64,000 bases of DNA from an uncultured Haloferula sp. GTDB taxonomy: Bacteria > Verrucomicrobiota > Verrucomicrobiia > Verrucomicrobiales > Akkermansiaceae. The notes under the pieces were generated by a model that did no database searches, was not told the origin of the DNA, and saw nothing but the letters and a program-made list of their open reading frames with translations. The translations under genes were made by a program, and so were the position numbers. Below are positions 38,112 through 46,845 of the stretch, piece by piece. How positions within the stretch are numbered: position 1 is the stretch's first letter; each line of letters begins with the position of its first letter. The stretch lies in NCBI GenBank assembly GCA_965652295.1, contig CBFGTS010000008.1, positions 64,001 through 128,000 of the forward strand, written 5' to 3'.

Positions 38112-39010
38112 GTGTGGGAGCCACGGGGCGGAATCCGGGGAGTTCGGGAGCGGGATGAATGGGATTTTCAGGAAGGAGAGGATGCCGAGGCTGCTCTTGC
38201 TTCGAGTGGGTCGGGAGCGTAGTCTGACCTGCCTGGATCAGGAGCAGAACCGCATCAACGAGCCGGTAGTGGAATACCGGACGGGGAGGGCACTGCGTCC
38301 GATCCGCTTGACGCCTTGCTCGAGCGATTACGAGACCGCTGTCGAGCTGACGGCGCGGATGTTGGGGATCAGCGGGATCGATGCATCGAGAAGGAAACCT
38401 TGCACCTCGTTGCTGAGGCTCGCAAAGCCGGGCTCCTGATTCTACAGCGAGTTTTAAAGCCTATTGGGCGGCTTCCGATTCCCTGCCTCTTTCGGGAACC
38501 GAGCATTCGGTCGAGCAGGATGGAGACGTGTTCATCAAAATCACCCGTCCCCCGGGGTTCGGGCTGGTGCCTTTTGTGAATCGCATCCCTGTGCTCGCAG
38601 CGGATCCGGCGGTGCCGACGACTTGGCGGAAAGCCTTGGAATTTCGCAGTGCGACTCCTTTGGAATACCTCACCCGCTGGCGGGCGTCGAACGAGGTCTT
38701 CGGTGATGATATAAGGCTTCGCTCGGTCGTGCAGTGGGCGGATGGTCAGGTTTCGGTGGTCATCTCGCAGCCGCAGTATCACGGTCGGCCAGCGGAGCTG
38801 CGGGAGATCGAGGAATATTTCCGGCGGGCTGGTTGGGAGCGGCTTCGCGAACCGACTGGGCATCTGGTTTTTCACGACTGGATCCGTGGGGTGATCGCCG
38901 TCGATGCGGCACCGCGCAATTGCTACATCAAGGCGGGCGGCTTGCAGCCCTTCGACGTCATCCTGTGCGAGCCGGACGACGACCTTTCTCGCCATCTTGG
39001 GATTGGCTAG
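38112..39010 (+). pseudogene. Disrupted or recoded polyvalent-protein-type Ser/Thr/Tyr kinase domain gene
   Basis: Frame B (open 38417-39010) has SGTEHSV...FIKITRP, ATPLEYLTRW..SNEVFGDDI, VISQP, VDAAPRN, PFDV. Frame A supplies a plausible N-terminus (ETLHLVAEARKAGLLI) but has an in-frame TAG at 38220; the frames differ by -1 near 38440-38459. Confidence 0.65.
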
Positions 39011-39039
39011 CGGGGAAATGCGGGCATGGTGCGGGCCGA

Positions 39040-40113
39040 ATGTTGCGATCGCTGCGAGCTGTGGATTTCCGCTGTTTTCCGTCCCTCGGAATCGAGGTGC
39101 CGGAGGGTGGGGTCGTGCTGACGGGGCGGAACGCGCAGGGGAAAACCTCGGTGCTGGAGGCGGTCTGCGTGTTGGTCAGGCTGCATTCGCCGCGGGCGGC
39201 GCGGATGCAGACGCTGGCGCGGATCGGCGGCGGGGGCGGGTTCGGGATCGCGGGCGAGGCGTGGGGGATGGAGCGGCGGATCGATTGGCGACCGCGGCAG
39301 CCGACGCGACACGTGGTGGATGGCGAGGAGCGGGATGGGCAGGGTCACTACGTCGAGGATGGCGGACTGTTGGTCTGGATGGGAAACGACGACCTCGAAT
39401 TGGTTCGGGGCGGGGGGGAATCGCGGCGGAGGTATCTGGATTTCATGGGCAGCCAGGTGGCACCGGACTACCGGCGGGCGCTGGCGAGGTATCGTCGGGC
39501 GCTGAAGGCGAAAAACCTGCTGCTGAAGGACGGCGAGCGCCGAAGGAAGGAAATCGAATCGTATGAGACGATCATGATTCCGGCGGCGGAAGTGCTGCGT
39601 CGGGTTCGCGCCGGGCTGGCGGGGAGGTTGGCCGGCGCGGTGGCGGAGCAGCAGCGTTTGATCGCCGGGAGCGATGAGGTGGCGGAGCTGGAGTTCATTC
39701 CCGGTGGCGGGATGGACCTGGCGACGGCGCTTGAGCAGGCGCGGGACAAGGAATTCCGTCAACGGCGCAGTCTGGTGGGCCCGCACCGGGACGAGGTGGC
39801 TTTGAAGGTGAATGGTCTGGCCGCGGCGGATTTCGCCAGCGAAGGGCAGCAGCGGACCCTGGCGCTGGCGCTGAAGCTGGCGCAGGGCGGGGTTTTGCGG
39901 GAACAGGCGGGCAAGGAGCCGGTGTGGCTGATCGATGATGTCTTCGGCGAGCTGGACGTGGTGCGTCGCAATGCCCTGATGAGAGCGCTGCCGGAGGGGG
40001 CGCAGAAGTGGATCACGACGACCTACCTCGATTGGCTGGAGGACGCGCCGGAGTTGGCCGGGCTGGCGAGGTTCGGCGTGGCGGGGGGAAAGGTCGAGCC
40101 GAGTCGGGTTTGA
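39040..40113 (+). CDS. recF: DNA replication/repair protein RecF
   Basis: GRNAQGKTSVLEA, RRRYLD, VGPHRDE, ASEGQQRT, LIDDVFGELD. Confidence 0.93.
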   Translation: MLRSLRAVDFRCFPSLGIEVPEGGVVLTGRNAQGKTSVLEAVCVLVRLHSPRAARMQTLARIGGGGGFGIAGEAWGMERRIDWRPRQPTRHVVDGEERDGQGHYVEDGGLLVWMGNDDLELVRGGGESRRRYLDFMGSQVAPDYRRALARYRRALKAKNLLLKDGERRRKEIESYETIMIPAAEVLRRVRAGLAGRLAGAVAEQQRLIAGSDEVAELEFIPGGGMDLATALEQARDKEFRQRRSLVGPHRDEVALKVNGLAAADFASEGQQRTLALALKLAQGGVLREQAGKEPVWLIDDVFGELDVVRRNALMRALPEGAQKWITTTYLDWLEDAPELAGLARFGVAGGKVEPSRV

Positions 40114-40122
40114 AAGAGCGGC

Positions 40123-40416
40123 TCAGGCGAGGCGGACCTTGTCGAGCCGGAGCGTCCGGCGTTCGCCGCGCAACGAGCAAAAGCCGTGGGCGTAGATGAA
40201 GCCGCCGGGCAGGTGTCGGTAGAGCTGGATGGGCTCGAATTTCCGGAGTGCTCCGCGTGAGCTGCCGCCCTGATAGTAGAGGGCGAGGCGACCGCCGCTT
40301 TTGATGGCACGGAGCATGGCGGTGACGACTGGATCGCTGCCCGAAGTGACGGGGAGGATGGGAGCGATGCGGTGGGCGAGGGTTTGGAGCGGAGCGGAGG
40401 AGGTGAGGAGTTTCAT
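40123..40416 (-). CDS. Stand-alone WYL domain protein
   Basis: AIKSGGRLALYYQGGS...RKFEPIQL...YAHGFCSLRGERRTLRLDKV. Confidence 0.8.
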   Translation of the reverse strand: MKLLTSSAPLQTLAHRIAPILPVTSGSDPVVTAMLRAIKSGGRLALYYQGGSSRGALRKFEPIQLYRHLPGGFIYAHGFCSLRGERRTLRLDKVRLA

Positions 40417-40516
40417 CCCGGAAAGGATGTGGGAGGGGGTGGGACATCGGCAGGGCGAGGGTGGCAGGAAATGCGCCTTGTGAAATGCGTGGCGGTGACG
40501 CGAGGATCGTGGCGCG

Positions 40517-41005
40517 ATGGCGAACTGGTTTTACGGGGTGGAGGGGCAGTCGAACGGCCCGGTGGACGACAACGAACTGCGGGCGATGTTGGCTTCGGGG
40601 ATGATTCATCGGCGCACGCAGGTCTGGCGCGAGGGGATGGAAACGTGGAGGGCGCTGGAGGAGACGCCGGAGTGGAGCACGCAGATCGTTTCGGCCGCGG
40701 GCCAGCAGATGCACGCGCCGGGGGTGGTGCCGAACCATGGCTACGCGGTCGCCAGCCTGTGTTGCGGGATCGGTGCGCTGGTGCTGACGTTTTCCTGCGG
40801 GATCGGGTTTCTGGCGGCCGTTCCGGGCGCGATTTTCGGACATCTGGCGCTGCGCGAAATCCGCAACCACCCGCTGCCGATGGGTGGCCGGGGGATGGCC
40901 ATCGCGGGACTGGTCATGAGCTATCTGGCGATCGCCTTGGTGGTGGCAGCGGCGATCGTGTTCGCCGTGGTGGTGTCGAGGGATACCGCTGGATCGATGC
41001 CCTGA
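40517..41005 (+). CDS. GYF_2 (DUF4339) + DUF4190 membrane protein
   Basis: WFY...SNGPV...VWREGMETW; AVASLCCG...GHLALREIR...GRGMAIAGLV. Confidence 0.85.
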   Translation: MANWFYGVEGQSNGPVDDNELRAMLASGMIHRRTQVWREGMETWRALEETPEWSTQIVSAAGQQMHAPGVVPNHGYAVASLCCGIGALVLTFSCGIGFLAAVPGAIFGHLALREIRNHPLPMGGRGMAIAGLVMSYLAIALVVAAAIVFAVVVSRDTAGSMP

Positions 41006-41024
41006 GAACGGTTAGCTCTGCGCC

Positions 41025-41546
41025 ATGGCCGATTGGTATTTCGCCCGTGAGGGAAAGCAGCAGGGTCCGGTGGCGGAAGCTCGTCTTCTGGAAATGATCC
41101 GGAGTGGTGAAGTGGGTGGAGCGGACCTGGTGTGGAAGGATGGCATGAGCGGCTGGGAACCGGTTTCCAAGGTGCCGGCTTTGGCCGTTGCTTTGCTGGC
41201 GGTGCCCTCCGGTTCTTCGGTTCCTCCTCCTCGTCCGGCGGGAGCAACGCCTTACCTTCCCCCGTCGCGTTCGCCGCAGCCGGTGCAGGTGATGCCTGTG
41301 GGAGGGGAGAGGGTTCCGACCTATTTGTGGCAGGCGATTGTCGTCACCCTTGTGTGCTGCCTGCCCTTCGGCATCGTGGCAATCGTCTATGCCTCGCGAG
41401 TGAGCTCCCTGCTGTATCAGGGGGACTACATCGCCGCGAAGAAGGCGTCGGACCGAGCCAAGCTGTGGGTGAACATCTCCGTGCTCGCGGGCGTGGCGAT
41501 CGGCCTGTTGTCCTTTGTGGGAGGCTTGGCGAGCGAGAGCGCCTAG
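41025..41546 (+). CDS. GYF_2 + CD225/dispanin family membrane protein
   Basis: WYF...QQGPV...VWKDGMSGW; PTYLWQAIVVTLVCCLPFGIVAIVYASRV...GDYIAAKKASDRAKLW. Confidence 0.88.
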   Translation: MADWYFAREGKQQGPVAEARLLEMIRSGEVGGADLVWKDGMSGWEPVSKVPALAVALLAVPSGSSVPPPRPAGATPYLPPSRSPQPVQVMPVGGERVPTYLWQAIVVTLVCCLPFGIVAIVYASRVSSLLYQGDYIAAKKASDRAKLWVNISVLAGVAIGLLSFVGGLASESA

Positions 41547-41557
41547 GCACCTGAGAG

Positions 41558-41974
41558 ATGAAAAAGAAGCGACTGGCGATCGTGGTGGCGGGGCTGGCGA
41601 TGACCGGCTTTGGTGCTTGGTGGCTGGCAACGTGGGGAGCGGCCGATTCACCAGCGATCTGCGGGTTGAACCGCTGGACGGGCTATCACTGCCCGGGCTG
41701 TGGGATGACTCGTGCGGCCGAGGCGTTTCTCCACGGGGACTGGTGGCAGGCATTCCGCTTCAATCCTCTGGGCATACTCGTGATGCCGCTGCTGGCGGCG
41801 ATGGCGCTGCCGGAAATCATCGGCTGGGTGAAGGACGAGCCGCCGAAGCGCTGGCTCCGGCTGAACCACCGTTGGGCGATCGCGCTGGCGGTGGCGGTGA
41901 TTGCTTTCGGCGTGCTGCGGAACCTGCCGTGGGTGCCGTTCAGCTACCTGGCACCGACGTCACTTGCCGAGTAG
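41558..41974 (+). CDS. DUF2752 family membrane protein
   Basis: C...WTGYHCPGCGMTRA...LHGDWWQAFRFNPL, FGVLRNLP. Confidence 0.88.
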   Translation: MKKKRLAIVVAGLAMTGFGAWWLATWGAADSPAICGLNRWTGYHCPGCGMTRAAEAFLHGDWWQAFRFNPLGILVMPLLAAMALPEIIGWVKDEPPKRWLRLNHRWAIALAVAVIAFGVLRNLPWVPFSYLAPTSLAE

Positions 41975-42544
41975 TTTCGCCACGTGCTTGGCGAGAACGT
42001 CGGCTTCCAGATTGACGCGGTTTCCGACCTGTCGGGCATGAAGGTTCGTCCGCTCGAAGGTGTGGGGGATGATCCAGAAAGTGGCGAGGTCGTCCTCGAT
42101 CGAGGCGATGGTGAGGGAAATGCCGTCGATGGCGAGCGAGCCCTTGTCGATGCAGTAGGGCACGAGGTCCTGTGGCAAACGGAGGGTCAACCGGTGGTCC
42201 TGGCCCGTGGGTTCGAGCGCGGTGATTTCCCCGGTGCCATCGACGTGGCCGAGCACGAAATGCCCGCCGAAGCGGTCGCCCATCCGTAGCGCGCGCTCAA
42301 GGTTCACGGTGGAGCCGGGGGTGAGATCGCCCAGCGAGGTGACGACCAGCGTTTGACGCAGGACATCGAAGGCGGCGGATTGGTGATCGCGGGCGACGGC
42401 GGTGAGGCAGACGCCGTTGACGGCGACGGACTCGCCCTCCGCGAGCTCGGACGCGAAGGGGATTTCGATCATCAGGCGCGCCTGTTCACCGCGCGGCTCG
42501 ATCGAGCGGACACGGCCGGTGCTTTCGACCAACCCGGTGAACAT
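41960..42544 (-). CDS. ribE: Riboflavin synthase (alpha chain)
   Basis: MFTGLVE, SVAVNGVCLT, VNLERAL, GGHFVLGHVDG, KGSLAIDGISLT. Confidence 0.95.
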   Translation of the reverse strand: MFTGLVESTGRVRSIEPRGEQARLMIEIPFASELAEGESVAVNGVCLTAVARDHQSAAFDVLRQTLVVTSLGDLTPGSTVNLERALRMGDRFGGHFVLGHVDGTGEITALEPTGQDHRLTLRLPQDLVPYCIDKGSLAIDGISLTIASIEDDLATFWIIPHTFERTNLHARQVGNRVNLEADVLAKHVAKLLGK

Positions 42545-42547
42545 GGC

Positions 42548-44170
42548 TCAGTGGGTGACGTCCACGTCGGGCTGTGGGGTCTCGACCTGCGACTCAGGCG
42601 CGGTGAGTTCGAACATTTTATCGATGCCTGGATCCGGGAAGAGCATGAAGAAGGCACCGACGATGAGGGTGGGAACCAGCGCAGCTGCCGCCAGTTTGGC
42701 AGGGGAAATGCCATCGCCGAAGAAGCGGCTGAGCAGTGCCTGGCCAGCGGGGTTCGGGGCGTTGGCGATGACCGTGAGGCCGCCACCGGTGACCGCGCCG
42801 GCGAGGACGGCGTATTTCATGTGGGCCTCCAGGCCGGGCACCTGGCTGGCAAGGAAGGTGATGGCGGCGTTGTCGTTGAAGGAGGTGAGGACGGTGGAAC
42901 CGATGAAAAGCGGCCATTCGGCGAGGCTGCTGAGGATCGGAGCGAGCCACCAGCCTTGAAGGCCGCCGTGGATGACGAGGCCGGCGAGGAAGAAGCCGAC
43001 CAGCACGGGGCCGCGGAGATTCACCTCGTCCTGATAGTGGGCGGTGGCCAGGCGGAAGGCTAGGAAGAAGAGGAAGGCACCGACGAAGATCGAGGGATAG
43101 TGGGCGAAGTAGACCGTGGTGGCCATGAAGAACAGGTGGACGATGGTGACCCACAGGGGGATCGCGCGGTGCTTGCCTCCGAGGTCGCCTTTGCCATCGC
43201 CATCGTGGTCCGGAAGCTTGGCGGCCATTTCGGCCAGTTCCTTACGGAAGAAGAAGAAATAGAGCAGGGTGGATAGCAGGATGCCGAGCACGGCCTTGTC
43301 GCCGAAATGGGTGAGCATCTCGATGGTCGTCAGATCCCATTTCTCGGGAGAGGCGACCATGAGGACAGGCGGAGCGGCGAAGTTGGTGAGCACGCCGCCG
43401 ACGGAGATGTTCACGAAGAGCAGGCCGAGGGTGCCGTAGGCGAACTTCGGCGAGGGGCGGAGGCTGTAGAATTTCTTGGCAAGGAGCATCGCCGAGATGG
43501 TCATGGCACCAGGTTCCGTGATGAACGAGCCGAGCAGGGGGCCGATGATCAGGATGGAAAGCCACCAGGCGGTGGGGGTTTCCTTGCCGAGGCGGGCAAA
43601 GACGCGCATGCAGGTTTCCGCGAAGCGGAGGATCGGGCGGGTCGAAGCCAGAGCCATGATAACGACGACGAACATCGGCTCGGTGAAGTTGACCGAGGAC
43701 ATGTAGGACTCGACCGCGCCGACATCGTAGTAAAACAGCATCGCGGCCATCAGGACGATGACCCAGATGCCGAAGATGGCTTCGATTTCACCGAGGAAAT
43801 GGAGCAGCGTGGCTTTGAAGCTGACCATGTCCTCGGCGTAGGCGCTTTCCCCGGCGGCCTCTTTTTCCCGGCGGATCTGCGCGTCGTGGTCGTGCTGGAC
43901 CTTGTGGGCGAGCTTGGTGATGGGGACGGCGAAGAAGGTGTGGAGGATGGCGCAGATGAAGATGAGGGTGGCGACGACCAGGAATGGCTCCTCTGCGGCG
44001 CGGAACGAGATCCGGTCCGCGATTCCCGCTTTGCCGGCCGCCGCTTCGAGGGCCGGGAATTGCTCGATTTTCTCGACGAACGGGGGTGGTTCAGCGGGGT
44101 GGCCGGCTGCGGCGAGGGCCGGGGAGGCGCCCGAGATCAGCGACAGGATCAGGAAAAACAGATGCTTCAT
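42548..44170 (-). CDS. Putative Na+/H+ antiporter (DUF1504-like, ion transporter superfamily)
   Basis: HFLGEIEAIFGIW, GSFITEPGAMT, VNISVGGVLTNFAAPPVLMVA, GGGLTVIANAPNPAG. Confidence 0.8.
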   Translation of the reverse strand: MKHLFFLILSLISGASPALAAAGHPAEPPPFVEKIEQFPALEAAAGKAGIADRISFRAAEEPFLVVATLIFICAILHTFFAVPITKLAHKVQHDHDAQIRREKEAAGESAYAEDMVSFKATLLHFLGEIEAIFGIWVIVLMAAMLFYYDVGAVESYMSSVNFTEPMFVVVIMALASTRPILRFAETCMRVFARLGKETPTAWWLSILIIGPLLGSFITEPGAMTISAMLLAKKFYSLRPSPKFAYGTLGLLFVNISVGGVLTNFAAPPVLMVASPEKWDLTTIEMLTHFGDKAVLGILLSTLLYFFFFRKELAEMAAKLPDHDGDGKGDLGGKHRAIPLWVTIVHLFFMATTVYFAHYPSIFVGAFLFFLAFRLATAHYQDEVNLRGPVLVGFFLAGLVIHGGLQGWWLAPILSSLAEWPLFIGSTVLTSFNDNAAITFLASQVPGLEAHMKYAVLAGAVTGGGLTVIANAPNPAGQALLSRFFGDGISPAKLAAAALVPTLIVGAFFMLFPDPGIDKMFELTAPESQVETPQPDVDVTH

Positions 44171-44276
44171 CGGGGTAGGAGCGGGAAGACGCGGGAAGTC
44201 TGCCGAGGCCCGCCCGGGGGGCAAGGCAAACCGGCCGCGGATTGCCAACTTCCCAAGGGCCGGTTATGGAGGCGGC

Positions 44277-45191
44277 ATGAAATGGCAGTGGCTCACCCCG
44301 GTGTTTGCTTTTGGGATCGCGGGTTGCGGAACGGATTCGGCGGAGACGGCCGCATCGGGCGCGGCTCCGAACCCGTTTTCGATCGATTCCATCCCGCCAT
44401 CGCTGCGGGGGAGCGGCACGCCGATCTCGCCGGACTCGGGCATTCCCCAGAGCCTCAAGGACGATGTGGGCGTGGTGCTGAACCAGGACGAAATCGTTTT
44501 CACCGATCCCGATGCGGAAGACCCCGACCAGATCGGCACCGAGCTGCGCGAGCTGCTGGAAGCTGCCCCGACGGAAGGGCCGTGGCGCAACAGCTACACG
44601 AACACCTTCAAGGAAGCCCGGCAAACCGGAAAGCCGGTGCTGATTTGGTTCACCGACTCGCAGAACAGTCCGAACTGCAAGATGCTGAGCCGCGAGCTGT
44701 TCTCCAAGCCGGAGTTCGAGGAATGGGCTCAGGAGACCTTCGTCCGGCTCCAGGTGGACCAGCGGATCCAAGGTAGCAAACTGGACAACGACGTGGCTTC
44801 CAAGACGAGCTTTATCCGCGACCTGAAGAAGCGCTACAAGGTGCTCGGCCAGCCGACGATGCTTGTGCTCACGCCCTCCGGCGAGGTGATCGGGCGCTAC
44901 CGCGGCTACAAGAAGGGCGAGGCGCAGTTCAAGTGGGGCCAGCTCCGCCAGGGAGCGATCGTGGCCACGGAGAAGCACGCCGAGTGGCGGGCCAAGATGG
45001 AAAAGAAAGGCTACCGGATGTGGTCCGATCCACGGGGACGCAGCATTTTCGCGAAGCTGGTGGCGTATCGGAAAGGCACGCTGCTGCTGGTCGAACCGGA
45101 TGGCACCCGCGCCCGCACCAAGGAGAGCCAGCTTTCTCAGAAGGATCAGGACTGGATCGCCCAGCAGAAACGGCTGCGCGGGATCGAGTGA
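44277..45191 (+). CDS. Thioredoxin-fold lipoprotein with C-terminal SHD1 domain
   Basis: Lipobox IAGC; GKPVLIWFTDSQNSPNC (SxxC); YRMWSDPRGRSIFAKL...LSQKDQDWI. Confidence 0.75.
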   Translation: MKWQWLTPVFAFGIAGCGTDSAETAASGAAPNPFSIDSIPPSLRGSGTPISPDSGIPQSLKDDVGVVLNQDEIVFTDPDAEDPDQIGTELRELLEAAPTEGPWRNSYTNTFKEARQTGKPVLIWFTDSQNSPNCKMLSRELFSKPEFEEWAQETFVRLQVDQRIQGSKLDNDVASKTSFIRDLKKRYKVLGQPTMLVLTPSGEVIGRYRGYKKGEAQFKWGQLRQGAIVATEKHAEWRAKMEKKGYRMWSDPRGRSIFAKLVAYRKGTLLLVEPDGTRARTKESQLSQKDQDWIAQQKRLRGIE

Positions 45192-45195
45192 TGGC

Positions 45196-46470
45196 TCAAG
45201 TCCCGGCCGGCGTCTCCCCGGACGAGGGGCCTTGCTGATAGATGTGCACGTCGCGCTGCGGGAAGGGGATGGAAATGCCGGCCTTGTCGAACTCGACCTT
45301 CACGCGCTTGGTGACATCGGACAGGACCGTGAGGTAGTCGCTGGTCTTCGACCACGGCCAGCAGATGAAGTTCACGGACGAGTCGGCCAGCTCGCGGAGT
45401 TTGATGTTCGGCTCCGGGTCCTTGAGTACCAGCGGATGCTCGGTCACCACGCGGCGGATGATTTCCTCGGCGAGGTCCATGTCGTCGTCGTAGCCGATGC
45501 CGAAGGTCATATCGACGCGGCGGGTGTCCATGCCGGTGATGTTGGTGATGACCTGGCCCCAGACCTCCTTGTTGGGTACGATGACCTTGCGGTTGTCGAA
45601 GGTGAGGATCGTGGTGCTGACCAAGCTGACGCCGTCCACCTTGCCGAGCACCCCGGCGATTTCGACCGCGTCGCCGACATCGAAAGGGCGGTTGAACATC
45701 AGCATCATGCCGCTGGCGAGGTTGCCGAGACTGTCCTGGAGTGCAAAGCCGAGGATGAAGGCTCCGCCTCCGATCAAGGCGAGGGCGGCACCGACGTTCA
45801 CGCCGAGGGTCCCCACTGCGACGATGAGGCCGAGAATGAGGATCACCCGGCGGGTCCACGTCTGGATGAATTTCCGCAGCAGTCCCGAAACGTGCGAACC
45901 CTTCGCCAGGGCGCGCTCCGTCAGCTTGGCCACGATTTTCGCAAGGACCCAGAACACCACCATGATGCCCGTGAACTGGAGCACGGCGACGGCCCAGTGG
46001 AGGCCTCCATCCTCGGCGAGCAGCCATTGCCGGACGTTGCTAAAAAACGACCGGACATCCTTCGGGTCGGATTGGATACCTTCCACCGCGGCGGCGTAGG
46101 CCCGCTCTTTTCCCGAATCCCCGCCTTTGACCTCGAAGGCGTCGAGGACCACATCGAAGCGTTCGGAGAGCTGGTCTTTTTCCTCCTGTAGTTCGTCCAG
46201 GCGTCTCTGGATTTCCGCGCGACCGGCTTCCGGAGCCGTCCGCAGGGCGATCTTCTGGTCCGCCACTTCGGTGGCCTTCGCCTTCAGGAGTGCCTGCCAG
46301 CCATCGATTTCCGTGCGGATTTCATCCTGGGTGAGAGGATCCAGGCGAAGAGCCAGAACCTCGGGATCGACCGCGACGTCCACCGTCACGGCGGCGGCCG
46401 TTTCCTGCTGCGCGGAAGCCGGGCAGACGAGGACTGCAAAGGCGGCGAACAGCGGCGGCAGGAATCTCAT
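45196..46470 (-). CDS. MscS family mechanosensitive channel with periplasmic N-terminal extension
   Basis: GFALQDSLGNLASG, RPFDVGD, TFDNRKVIVPN, RRVDMTFGIGY, GISIPFPQRDVH. Confidence 0.9.
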   Translation of the reverse strand: MRFLPPLFAAFAVLVCPASAQQETAAAVTVDVAVDPEVLALRLDPLTQDEIRTEIDGWQALLKAKATEVADQKIALRTAPEAGRAEIQRRLDELQEEKDQLSERFDVVLDAFEVKGGDSGKERAYAAAVEGIQSDPKDVRSFFSNVRQWLLAEDGGLHWAVAVLQFTGIMVVFWVLAKIVAKLTERALAKGSHVSGLLRKFIQTWTRRVILILGLIVAVGTLGVNVGAALALIGGGAFILGFALQDSLGNLASGMMLMFNRPFDVGDAVEIAGVLGKVDGVSLVSTTILTFDNRKVIVPNKEVWGQVITNITGMDTRRVDMTFGIGYDDDMDLAEEIIRRVVTEHPLVLKDPEPNIKLRELADSSVNFICWPWSKTSDYLTVLSDVTKRVKVEFDKAGISIPFPQRDVHIYQQGPSSGETPAGT

Positions 46471-46648
46471 GAGGTATGGCATGATAGGGCTACCGTGGGG
46501 AAGTAGCGGCTCACGTCAAGCAGGGGTGCCCCCCTGCGCGGTTTCCGATTTCTTTGGGTCGAAAAACTTCTTGCGCGGGTCCGGCGATTCTCCTACCAAC
46601 CGCGCACCCCGCTCCGGCGGGCCTGATCCGAATCTTTGAGGAGGAAAA

Positions 46649-46724
46649 GGGGCATTAGCTCAGTTGGTAGAGCACCTGCATGGCATGCAGGGGGTCAGCG
46701 GTTCGAATCCGCTATGCTCCACCA
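46649..46724 (+). tRNA. tRNA-Ala(GGC)
   Basis: 76 nt GGGGCATTAGCTCAGTTGGTAGAGC...CCTGC-ATGGCAT-GCAGG...GGTTCGAATCC...CTCCACCA with encoded CCA. Confidence 0.97.
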
Positions 46725-46845
46725 CTCCGCGCTCGCGGAGTGTGGGGAGGAAAGTCGCCCTCCACGCCCGACGAACACTGTCAGCATCCATCCCGTGTGT
46801 TTCCGTAAGTTGGCAGATGACGAAGAATCGGGAATACTGATGGAG

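Noticed and set aside
46636..46845. ORF-track N-terminal extension of the TrhO-RluA gene
   Set aside because: It runs through the tRNA gene; the recognisable domain begins at about 46846.
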